NCBI GenBank assembly: GCA_963575745.1 | Contig: CAUYUJ010000122.1 | Location: 1-64,000, forward strand | DNA from: Prorocentrum cordatum | Lineage: Eukaryota | Length of the DNA stretch: 64,000 bases | Direction of reading: 5' to 3' | In this document: in pieces, positions 13,174 through 32,386 of the stretch | Layout: every line of letters begins with the position of its first letter | Numbering within the stretch: the stretch's first letter is position 1 | Translations under genes and position numbers: made by a program | The notes under the pieces: model-generated | What the model saw: the letters and a program-made list of their open reading frames with translations, nothing else | What the model was told of the DNA's origin: nothing | Database searches by the model: none

Positions 13174-13307
13174 CTCTGCAGGATCTCGCTACACACGAAG
13201 TCGACGGCGTCCGGCGGCAGGAGCTCCACCGCCAGCTGCAGCACGTGGTTGCCATGCGGGGACTCCAGCAGCTCGCAAACGTGCCCCTTCAGCTCGTGGA
13301 CGATCGC
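13174..13307 (-). CDS. Pumilio/PUF protein exon
   Basis: AIVHELKGHVCELLESPHGNHVLQLAVELLPPDAVDFVCSEILQ(R), with a classic PUF 'SPHGNHVLQ' motif. Acceptor GGAAG|, donor AG|GTGAA. Confidence 0.9.
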
Positions 13308-13522
13308 CTTCCCAGACGGCAGTGGGGCAGAGGGGGGAATGAGGAGGAGGGGCACGAAAAGAAGGGGGAGGGGGCGGAGGAAGTAAGAAAGGAGGCGGTT
13401 TAGGAGCAGATGGAGATGGATGAGGACGGGGGGTGAAAAGGAGGCTGCACTGGAGTAGGATCAGGAGGAGTGGGAATCCAAGGAGGATGCGGTTCCCCCG
13501 TCCTCCTCCTCCTCCTCCTCCT

Positions 13523-14743
<1,221 letters not shown>

Positions 14744-15010
14744 TCGGTCCCGTGCACCACATCACCACGGCTCAACCGCCTTGGGAAGAGCGTCCTTGTG
14801 GCTGCCTCACTTCCTGTATGTAGCGAGCACCTTTTCTGGGTGAAAAGGCGGGTCTGACGTGCACGCAGCGGCGGGCGCTCATCCGAGGGCAGCTGGCCCC
14901 TACGGCCCAAAGTAAAGCGACAGCGGCGGCGCAGCAGCACACGGGGCGACCACAGTGCCGCCATCGAGGCCAACTAGCGCAAGTAGGCGCGAGAAGAGGC
15001 CAGGATGGCA

Positions 15011-15146
15011 AGCCAAAATGGCTAGGCGCCCAGCGGCGTCGCGGCAGCACACGGGGCGACCCCAGCACCGCCAGCGAGGCCCACGAGCGCAAGTAGGCGT
15101 GAGAGGAGGCCAGGATGGCAAGCCAATTGGCAAGCCAGAATGGCTA
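15011..15146 (-). other. Two dinoflagellate spliced-leader-like relics inside a ~110-120-bp tandem duplication
   Basis: Minus strand TAGCCATTTTGGCT (15011-15024) is a 14/14 match to the core of DinoSL DCCGTAGCCATTTTGGCTCAAG. TAGCCATTCTGGCT (15133-15146) is 13/14. Confidence 0.55.
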
Positions 15147-15289
15147 GGCGCACAGATGACCGCGCGAAGAGCGGAGGCTTAAGCAACAGGAGCCGCGGCG
15201 CGAGGGGAGCACCACTGCGGGCACACCCGCGCTCGCTGGCAAGGCGGCGCTGCTACAGCTGGGGCTGGGGCGCAAGCAAACCAACAGGT

Positions 15290-18287
15290 TCAGCATCTTT
15301 GAGAGTGGCAGGCTCGGGATCTTAACATGGACTCACGTAGCCTCCCCGAGGGCTTAGAAGTATTCGATGCTGCGGGCCTGCAGGGTTTCATCATTCCGGC
15401 GGACTGGCCTGCTCCTTGCGCAATGGCTGCAAAGACCTGCGACGGCAGAGCTTGCACTTCTCCCCCGAGGTCGAGCCCGCCGCCCGCCTGCCCTGAGGGC
15501 CCGAAGATCTGGCGCTCGAGATCCTGGCCGAGGGCCACGTTCAGGGCGGCAACATTAGGGATCTGCTGCGGGAGCGGGTCCGTCGGCGGCGGCGGCGCCA
15601 CGGGGGGCGCCGTCGGCGGCGGCGGCGGCGGGGCCATGACGGCCGCTGGCGGGGCCCCAGCAGGCGGTGGCGGCGGGCCCTGGTTGCCGCGGGCCGCGCC
15701 CGCTGGAGGGGCGCTGGCGGTGCGGACGGGAATGGCACGCGGGGCGACCCCGGTGCCACCCCCGCCGCCCGTGAGGCTGCCCGCCCGAAGGTTGTGGCGG
15801 CGTTCGTAGAGCGCCAGTTCCTCGTACGCAGTCGCCAGGCGCTGCCTCTTGGCCCTATTCCGCTGCTTCTTGGCGTAGCCCGCCCACTCTGGATCGTTCA
15901 GCCCCCAGGCGACCTGCGAGCACAGGTCAGTCCACTTGAACTCGGGCAGGCTGTCCCAGGAGAGCCCCTCCATTAGCACGCAGTGGCCCTCCCACTGCGG
16001 CTGCTGCGGAGCGTAGCGCTTGAAGACGGTGCCCACCGCCAACGGCTCGACCTTGGGCAGGTGCTTCAGGAGGTCCACAGCGCTGAGCACCGCTACCCCC
16101 TCCTTCTTGAGCTTGTCGTAGCGCAGCAGGGCCTTCAAGTCGCGGATGTCCTCCTCGGGGAAGTCCGCGTGCATGTGGTACGCACGAGGCGGGTTCTGCT
16201 CTTCCTCTATCATCTCGATGCAAACGCCGTAGGAGGTCGCGTAGCGCGCACCACAGTGGCAGCACCATCGCTGGCCCGTCTCCCCCGCCGCCTCCTGCGC
16301 GCAGGTGAGCAGTTGCGCCCAGCGATCCGAGAGGATCACCGAGCAGCATCCCTCGGGATTGTCCCAGGTCTTGTTGGCCGAGCACTTGTAGTACATGTTG
16401 AACGCGAAGCCCTTGCCACGGTAGAGCTGGTCCGTGTAGTCGCCCATCCGTCGGTACGCCTCCTGCGCCATGGCGTTGCCCTGGCACCCCTCCTTCCAGG
16501 CATGTTTGCGTCCCAGGTGTGCGTCCGCGACCCCCGAGGCTTCCAGGAAGCCCTTCTTCAGCCTTCCCACATCATCCTCTGCCTCCGCATTCAGCGCGTC
16601 GGGACACTTCTGGACCCCGCCCTGCACCTCTGCGCCCCTCACCATGTCCTCTTCCCTCTCCAGGATGGGCCCCAGGCCTCCCAGCATGCGGGCGCGCATG
16701 GTCTCGAATTTGAGGACACCATAGGCCCGCGCCATACGCTTCAGCGATTTCTTGGAGAGGCCGAGCCGCAGCAGGGGCCCGATATCCGCGACCTCCTCCA
16801 CGGTCTTGGCGCTGGTCAGCTGGCGCCCCTGGTCCTCAGCATCGCTGTCGGGCGGGGGGTCGCTCTCATCGCCACGGGGAGGGTCTGCGGGGCCAGGTCC
16901 ATCCTCGAGGGGTGGAGGTGGCGCGCGGGGCGGCCCCGGCACCACCTCCACCGCCATCGGGCGACCGACCTCCTCCGCCACCGTTTCCGTGGCTGGGGGG
17001 GCGCCCGTGCTCTCGGGATCGATGCCCACCCCGACGCCTTCCGTTGACCTCCGCAGGGCTAGCAAGCCGTCGTCGGAGAGCGCGAACCCCACCAGCACGT
17101 CCATGCCCTCCTTGATGTGGTCGAGGCTCGCGCGGAACTTCGCCGCCCTCTTGGCGGCGTGGTCGATGGAGCCAGCGCCCTTATTCAGGCGCGCTGCGCG
17201 CGTCACGGCCTCGTGCTCGGTGATGTTCTGCGCCGCCGCCACGCAGTGCGAGCACGTGTACAGCTTGTATTGGCCTTGAACACCCTTCCGCAGCTTGGGG
17301 CATTGCGGGTTGCGCTCTGAAGCCTCGGCGTAGCGGCGCATCTCACCACAGCTGAGCTCGTCCACGCACTCCACCATCATGATCTCCCAGTCATCCAGCG
17401 CTGAGCACACCCGACACCAGCCCAGGCGCTGCGGCGGGACCCAGCACGCACCCACGCAGTGGACGTAGCCCGCCTCGACGTAGTCCTCGTCCGCCATCAT
17501 CTCGGCGCCCTCGAGCGCGGCAGCCGTGCCGCCGCTCGGTGGGGGGGGCTTTGCCGTAGGCGGCCGTGTTGCTGCGACGGCGGTGGCGTTCGCCGCCATG
17601 CCCGCTGAGGGCGCCCGTGGTCGCTGCACTCGGGGCCTCGCTGGCGGTCTCATCTTCCATGGAGCGGCCGCCATCGGCGTCGCTGCGCACACCTCGGCCA
17701 CCGCGGCCGCTCACAGCCTGTCCCCGCAGCTGGAGGTTGTGTAGCGCGAGGGTGATCGCGCCCAACCCGCGGCGCTGCTCCGCGGCGAAGTTGGAGTAGG
17801 TGGCCGCCGCTGCCAGGGCAGCCCTCGTCACTGGCACCACCGCCGACGCGGGCATCGCGGAGGCCTCAGCAGGCGCCTCGGCCGTCGCCGCGGGGCCTCC
17901 GTCCGAGGCACCTTCAGAGGCAGCGGCACTGGGGGCGGCCCCCGCACCGCTGCCTCCGTCGGCGCCCTCGGCAGGCGTCACTGATCCTGTGGGCAGTGTC
18001 GGCGCCGTCCGAAAGGTCGCCGCCTCAGACATCACGTCGAACCCCTCGCCCGAGGCATCTTCGCTCTCCGACGCGCTCACCTGCTGGCCAGGGCGCTGCG
18101 CAGGCCCCGCTTTGGGAGTGGGCGCGTCGGCCGCGGTCGCACCACTGGCCTTCGCGCGTGCCTCGGCCTTCGCCTTAGCCTTCGCCGCCAACGCCTCGCG
18201 AAGAGGCGCCGCATCGTGACTGGGCGAGTCGGCACGCGTCACCGCAGGCCACGGCATCGGCGCGGGCTTCGAGAACTTGGGCGCCAT
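15290..18287 (-). CDS. Intronless ~1000-codon Cys-rich protein of unknown function, split by one frameshift near 17600-17700
   Basis: MAPKFSK... ORF (ATG 18287) overlaps the 803-aa ORF 15290..17701. GC3-rich coding texture, CxxC/CxC clusters (WCRVC, TCSHC, WCCHCG), Pro/Ala-rich termini. Confidence 0.7.
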
Positions 18288-18360
18288 CACTTGGTCGGAA
18301 GGATGGCACGGGAGGTGCAGCTCAAGAGATCGTGCGAAGCGAGACCTCACGAGCCAAACA

Positions 18361-21850
<3,490 letters not shown>

Positions 21851-23271
21851 CCTGCGTGCATTATTACTGCTACTAAAGAAAGAACGAGAAAAAAAAGAAA
21901 ATAAAAAAAAAAGAAAAACGGCGCCCCTCGCTGGGGTAGAAGCCAAGCGTCGTGTTGTCTCCTCCTCCAGTCGTGTTAGTGCGCCAGACGTCCACCCCTG
22001 AGGCTCTCAGGAGTTTCCACAAGGCTCGCAGGTGGTCGGAAAAATTCCCCGAACATCGAAGACTCAATTATTCAAGGTTTCGTCTTCGACTCCGTTCCCA
22101 GAGCCCCGACGTGGTGTCTGTTCATCGTGTCGGCACCCTTGTTGTCGTGAAATTATCCTCGGAGGGCCTCTTTGTGACGCTCCCGAGAGAGGGGACCAGG
22201 GAGGAGGGAGGAAGGAAGGAGGAGGGCGGAGGGAGCACGGATGGGGAGGAGGCAGATCTCGCGCACGGCGCTATCGGAGCCATCGAGGCTACGGATGAGG
22301 GAGGAGGAGGAGGAGGAGGAGGAAAGGAGGAGGAAGAAGAGGAGGAGGCGGAGAAGGAGGAGGAGAAAGAGGAGGAGAAGGAGGAGGAGGGGGAGGAAGG
22401 ATTAAAAGCAGGACGGATGAGGAGGCGGATGGCGACGACGAGCAGGAGGAGGAGAGGGAATGACGCCCGTCCTGGAGCCTCTTGGTGTCGCCTTGACTCT
22501 CCTAGAGCGTGCTGGGGGTCCTGTGGCCTGTTTGGGCTCTTCGGGGCCTCTTGGGGCCTCTTGGAGCCTCGTGGGCCCTCTAAAGCTCCGTGAGTGTGAT
22601 TCAAAGTGGTTTCTCCGGGGGGCTCTTGAGATCTCGTGGGCTCTCCCGGGGCCGCCATGGACCCTCCTGGAGCCTCCGTGGGCCCTCCAAGAACTCTCTC
22701 GCGGGGGCGGGATAATAAAACAATTTCGCGCATAGGGGCCTTTCCGTTGAGAAGGGGGGCGCGTTGCAGAGTGGGTCCTCCTGGGGCCCTCCGGAGATCT
22801 CCTGGGCACTCCCGGGGCCGCCATTGGCACTCCTGGAGCCTCTGGGGGCCTCTCAAAAGCCTCTCGCGGGGGCTGAAAAATGACGACAGTTTCACGGATG
22901 GGAGCCTTTCCGTTGAGAAGGGGAGCGCGGTGAAAGGTAATAAAGTGACGACAGTGTCGCATTTGAGGCCCCAAATCGTCCTTGGGCACCTCGGGCGCGA
23001 ATCCCCCTCCCGCATAGTACGGTGCGATTTCCCCTCCCCCCGCTGTCCCGCCGGACCCCGGGAGGGTGATTTTTGTGGTTTTCGCTTGTAAGAAACACTT
23101 CCCCCCCCCTCTCGACGGTGACGGAGGGCAGGCGGCGGGGGTGGGCGGGTTGGCGGGGTGGCGGGTTGGCTGGGGTTGCGGGGTGGCTGGTTGGGCTGGT
23201 TGAGCCGGTTGAGTTGTTTGGGTGGCTGGTTGGTTGGGTTGGCTGGTTGGGCTGGCTAGGGCAATTGGTTT

Positions 23272-25680
<2,409 letters not shown>

Positions 25681-25749
25681 AAAATACTGATAGTGCTCCC
25701 GATCCTTCTCCTAATCCTACTCCTACTCATTTTCCCACTCCTAATCTGA

Positions 25750-25774
25750 CTCATCAGCATCATCATCATCATCG

Positions 25775-25812
<38 letters not shown>

Positions 25813-26167
25813 GTCATCATCATCATCATCATCATCATCACCATCATCATCAGCATCACCATCATCATCATCAGCATCATCAGCATCATAATCAGCATCA
25901 GCATCATCAGAATCATCATGAGAATCAGCATCGCCATAATCATCATGATCCTCATCATTATCATCCGCATCAGCAACATCATCAACATCATCGTCCACAT
26001 CATCATCCAATCAGCATCATCATCAGCACCAGCATCATCATATCCCCATCATCATCACCACCGTCACCACCACCAGCAGAATCACCGTCAACGTCAGCGT
26101 CAGCGTAAGAGCGGTCATCATCATCACCACCACCATCATCAAATTCATCAGTATCATCATCATCACC

Positions 26168-26201
<34 letters not shown>

Positions 26202-26850
26202 TCATCATGACAACCATCGTCATCATCCCCATCGTCATCATCATCATCATCAACAGCAGCATCATCATCCTCATCATCGTATTCATCATCATCATCATCA
26301 GCATCGTCGTCAGCATCATCATCAACACCTGCATCATAGTTCTCAGCATCATCATGATCATCGTCATCATCATCCTCATCACCACCACCACCACCACCAT
26401 CTGAATCATGACCAGCAGCATCATCAGCAGCATCATCATCATCATCACGGTTCATCTTCAACATCAGCATCAACAGCATGAGCATCATAATCACTTCCAT
26501 CACAATGATCATCATAATCATCGTCATCATCAACATCATCATCAAACCATCAACGTCATCATCATCATACTCCGCCTCCTCCTCATCCGCCTACTCCTCC
26601 TGCTCCAGATCATCGCCACCACCACCATCATCACCATCATCATCAACATCTTAAGCAGTAGTAGCATCCGCGTCATCATTGTAATCATCGTCATCTTCAC
26701 GATCATCATCAGCATCATCATCAATAGCAGCATCACCATCACCATCATCATCAGCATCGCATTCACCAGCACCTTCATCATCATCACCATCATTCTCGCC
26801 TTCCCCCACGTCATAATCGTCATGACGGCACAATCATCACCATCACCGTC
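25750..26850. repeat. (CAT)n degenerate microsatellite
   Basis: Directly visible. Confidence 0.95.
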
Positions 26851-27328
26851 CGATACTGGATAAAACCCGCGTCGCCACGGCTGCTTGCGGATCAGGAGGC
26901 AAGGGGGTCTGGGGATCCGTTTCGATCGCATCCTGGCTGAGAGGGTGGGAGCAGGAGGCAAGGGGGGCGGGAGCAGGAGGCGTAGGCGGAGGAGGAGAGG
27001 AGAAGGAGATAGGAGAAGACAGGAGGGGGCTACGCCCAGATCACCTCGGGGGCTCGAGACGAGGAAGGAGGGAGGGGGGAGGGAGGAGGGAGGAGGGAGA
27101 TAGGAGGGAGGAGGGAGGCGCAAGGAGGAGGAGGAAGAGGAGATAGGGGAGAAAGAGGAGAAGGAGGAGGAGGAAGAGGACGACGACGACGAGAATGAAA
27201 AGCGGAAAGAGAGAGGAGGGGTGTGGGCGGGAGTGGAGGAGGGAGAGAAGAGAGAGGGGGGGCAGTATGAGCAGGAGGGGGGAGGAAGAAACTGCCCGTG
27301 CCCAGCGCCCGCGGAAGCCACCCGTGAC

Positions 27329-27470
27329 CTTCTGATCTGGCTTGAGGGCGCTCTTCAGGGCGCCCTGCACCCGGCGGCAGCCATCGGCCGTCTTCGACAA
27401 CACCGCGACCTGCCCTGCTGCCTGCTCCACCTGCTCCTGCCCCCCAGCCTCCTGCCTCCGCCGAGTACTC
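27329..27470 (-). CDS. Pumilio/PUF RNA-binding protein, exon (first PUF repeat; upstream exons unresolved)
   Basis: Translates ...GQVAVLSKTADGCRRVQGALKSALKPDQK, a PUF-repeat-like L..x.GCR.VQ pattern. Ends AAG|GTCAC (GT donor, phase 0) and joins the 13307 exon in frame. The 5' boundary is tentative. Confidence 0.7.
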
Positions 27471-27629
27471 CTCGGCAGACCCATCATCAGCAACACCATC
27501 ATCTACACCACCAGCACCATCTACACCTCCGAATTCTCATCCTCCTCCACTCCATTTCCTTACAGATACCTCATCCATGTCGCACACCGAGGCCAGTCGA
27601 AGAGGCGGGCTGGGCGATTCGACTGAGAC

Positions 27630-28150
27630 GTCCTCAAAATGTACGATCCTGACGCTGAAAAATTGACCAACATCTTCACAGACGGAGGGCGAATGGTTTT
27701 CAAAAATGTGGCTCCCGCCCTAGCGCCCCGCGCACAGTCGTCTTCACAATGTACAATTAATTCACATATTCAGGGCGGGTCGTTTTCAAAATATGGATAT
27801 CGCCTTAGCGCTGGCACGTTCTTTTGCAAAAATGCAAGAGTTTCATGGGTCCGCATGGTAAACGTACCAGAACTAGTGTTTGGAACGGTTCAAGGCTATC
27901 AAGGCGCAACAGTTACGTGGACTCGCGGTGTTGAAATCACAAGAGTGACCCTCTGGCACCATTTAGAACCGTCACGCCACAACAGTCAGGTTGATTCGTG
28001 GCGTTGGAGTCCCGAGAATGGTGTTTTCGCACGCGTTAGGATCTTCAAACGGTTGTCCCTCCACGGGGCACTTCCCTGACCAAAAATTAATCCGTGTAGG
28101 GGCCTATGAACAGGGGGCTTGGAGGGAGGGTGTAGTTCAACATCGTCGAT
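27630..28150. repeat. Dispersed repeat, with an inverted relative at ~61710-62400 and a fragment at ~960-1100
   Basis: CATGGTAAACGTACCAGAA...CGCGGTGTTGAAATC matches the reverse complement of 61930-62015. Confidence 0.7.
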
Positions 28151-28199
28151 GAGCCTTGAGTTTACATTGGTCCCCCTCCTCCGCTTCCTCCTCCTCCTC

Positions 28200-29010
<811 letters not shown>

Positions 29011-30159
29011 TAATCCTCATCATCCTGCCGTCCTTCGCCCATCTCTTCCCCTTCTCACAGCTCCACTCCGGTCTCCCTCCTCCTTCTCCTCCTCCCTGCT
29101 CGTCTTCCTTGTCGTTGGCCAAACTCTGAGCAACGGAGCTCGCAGCGTGTAGATGGTAGCGAAAAAAAGACAACCGTTCCAGGCAACATGGCTGGCCTGA
29201 GTTCGGCTGCAAGAAAGTGCGGGCAAAAAGAGAAGGCAAAAAACATTGGAAAAGACGAGGAGCCCCCAAGGGCGTAGAGGAACTAAGCGAGCAGATAGTG
29301 AAGTACGAGGGAGCGCACGGCCATAATTAACTGGAGGAAGACACCGAAAAAGCAGGAAACGATTTGATAAACGGCATGCGGGCGGCAGCTGTGTTGGAGC
29401 GTATGTGTTGTGAGAAATACTGCCGGAAGTCCACTGTGGAATTCTGCAAGTGTGACCGTCCTCCTCCTTCTCTTCCTCCTCCTCCTCCTCCTCCTCCTCC
29501 TCCTCCCCCTTCTCCTGATCCCCCTCCTTCCTCCTGGTCTTCCCCCTCCCTCTCCCCCCCTTCCTCCTCCTCCGCGGCCTGCCCAAGCAGCGACTGCAGG
29601 GAGCTCACACCTCCCAGGGCGAGCGGCTTCGTGGGGGCATCGACGTGCGACGCGCCGGAGGGCTTCCGCCCTGGGGGGCCGCAGGCCACGCCGCCTTCGG
29701 ACCAAAGGAGTCTCAAGAGGAGGAGGAGGGAGGAAGCGCCATCCTCATCTCTTCCTCCTTGTGGTCCTCCCAGTGTTAGGTCGGGCATGTCATGTCCTCC
29801 TACAGGCGGATGTTGAAGGCAAACAAACAATCATCAACAAGGCAACAGAAACAAAGAAACAAAAAAAAAAAAAAAAAAAAAAATCCTTTCAAGACTGTTA
29901 GCTCTTATCTGCTCGCGTGTCATTCAACATGCATATCCCAAACCCTGGATATCCGCCCTCTTCGTCTTCGATCGTACCCCCTTTTGTGAGGTATATTCAT
30001 TCCCTGCCACGTGTGGTTGCTGAAGCCCTTGAAATCGAAGGGTAACATATAACAGGGGAGAATGAGGACGAAGGGATCGGAGGCAGGGAGGGGAGGGGCA
30101 AGAAGGAGGGAGGACGATGATTTGCGCTGTCGCCGTTGGCCAGAACACAACATGTCGCA

Positions 30160-32070
30160 CCGTTGTTGGCGCGGGCCACAACGGGCGCGAACGACCGGGG
30201 GGCTCAGCAGGGCATACGTATAGGTGGCCGCAGAGGGCAGCGACGGAGCCGCTGAGGGCAGAAACGGGGCATGCATATGGGGCCACGACGGGCGCGAACG
30301 AGCGGGGGCCACGAAGGGCATGCATATATGGGGCCAGAAAAAGCGACAGCGGGGCCACTGAGCGCAGAAACGGGGGCACGAAGGGCAGCGAGGGGGCCAC
30401 GAATGGCTACAGCTGGGCGACGGAACGCATGCGTATGGGACCACGAAGGGCGCGAGCGAGCGGGGGTCACGAAGGGCATTTAATCCGGGGCCACAGAGGG
30501 CAGCGACGGGGCCGCTGAGGGCAGAAACGGGGCCACGAAGGGCAGCGAGGGGGCCACAAAGGGCGACAGCGGGGCCAAGAAGGGCATGCTAATGGGGCCA
30601 CGACGGGCGCGAGCGAGCGGGGGCCACGTAGGGCATTCGTATATGGGGTCACAAAGGGCGACAGCGGGGCCACTGAGGGCAGCAAAGGGGCCACGAAGGG
30701 CAGCGAGAGGGCCACGAAGGGCGACAGCGGGGCTACGAAGGGCACGCGTATGGTTGCGAGGAAATCCAAAGCGAGAGCGTGATTCTCCAATAAACTGTGA
30801 GGAAGTATCAAGCGGGAGCCGCGATTCGGTGATAACTTGCAAGGAAGTCCCAAGCGAAGCGCGATTCTTCAATAATTTGTAAGGAAATATCAGGCGGTAG
30901 CCGTTGTTGGCGCGGGCCACGACGGGCGCGAACGAGCGGGGGCCCCGAAGGGCATACGTGTAGGGGGCCGAAAAGGGCAGCGACGGAGCCGCTGAGGGCA
31001 GAAACGGGCCCACGAAGGGCAGAGAGGAGGCCACCAAGAGCGACAGCGGGGCCACGAAGGGCATGCATATGGGGCCACGACGGGCGCGAACGAGCGGGGG
31101 TCACGAAGGGCATGCATATATGGGGCCAGAAAAAGCGACAGCGGGGCCACTGAGCGCAGAAAGTGGCCCACGAAGGGCAACGAAGGGGCCACGAATGGCG
31201 ACAGCGGGGCGACGAAGGGCATGCGTATGGGACCACGAAGGGCGCGAGCGAGCGGGGGCCACGAAGGGCAATTAATCCGGGGCCACAGAAGGCAGCGACG
31301 GGGCCGCTGAGGGCAGAAACGGGGCCACGAAGAGCAGAGAGGGGGCCACGAAGGGCGACAGCGGGGCCACGAAGGGCATGCATATGGGGCCACGACGGGC
31401 GCGAACGAGCGGGAGCCACGAAGGGCATTCGTATATGGGGCCACAAAGGGCGACAGCGGGGCCACTGAGGGCAGCAAAGGGGCCACGAAGGGCAGCGAGA
31501 GGGCCACGAAGGGCGACAGCGGGGCTACGAAGGGCATGCGTATGGGGCCACGACGGGCGACTGCGAGCGGGGGCCACGAAGGGCATATAATGCGGGGCCA
31601 CAATGGGCAGCGACGGGGCCACTGAGGGCAGCAACGGGGCCAAGAAGGGCAGCGAGCGAAGGCGACCGCGGAACCAGCACGGGCATCTAGGGGCATCGAA
31701 GGCGGGCGAAGGGCAGCGAGCGGCGACTGCAGTCCCTAACGGGCTGGTCGGGCGGGCAGGCCCAGACGGGCGGGTCGAGCGGGCGGGTCGTTGAAGCGTA
31801 AATTCTGCTTGAACCGCCAGGCAATATGTAGCGGGAGCGCGAGTCCTGACTGTCGAGGAGCGGCATCTGAATAAATTGTAAGGAAGTATCCGGCGGGAAC
31901 CGCGATTCGGTGGTACGTTGCGAGGAAGTCCCAAGCGAGAGCGCGACTCTTCAATACAGTGTGAGGAAATATCAAGCGGGAGCCGCGATCTGGTGGTAAA
32001 TTGCAAGGAAGTCAACAGCGAGAGCGCGATTCTCAATAAATTGTGAGGAAGTATCAAGCAGGAGCTGTTG
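30160..32070. repeat. GC-rich satellite (GGGGCCACGAAGGGC-type monomers) with a ~790-bp higher-order duplication and interleaved GCGATTC/AGGAAGT blocks
   Basis: Diagnostic variants recur ~792 bp apart (30331/31123, 30481/31274, 30631/31423). Confidence 0.85.
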
Positions 32071-32232
32071 TTGTTGTAAACCGGGGGCCAACAGCACAGT
32101 TTGACCCTCAAAACTTTCCCTGATAAAAAACTAGGTGCGAGCCCCGGGAAGGGAAGGGCACTTCAATCGAAAAAAACAATGTGCACCGGACGGGGGGGAT
32201 CAATCATAATTATTCTTCAGAAGTGAGAGTTC

Positions 32233-32285
<53 letters not shown>

Positions 32286-32286
32286 C

Positions 32287-32386
32287 NNNNNNNNNNNNNN
32301 NNNNNNNNNNNNNNNNNNNNNNNNNNNNNNNNNNNNNNNNNNNNNNNNNNNNNNNNNNNNNNNNNNNNNNNNNNNNNNNNNNNNNN
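32287..32386. other. Assembly gap (100 N) after a (CAA)n tract
   Basis: Run of N. Confidence 1.

Noticed and set aside
29060..29712. Further upstream PUF exons
   Set aside because: Exon-like, but phases could not be reconciled with the 27470 acceptor without cDNA.
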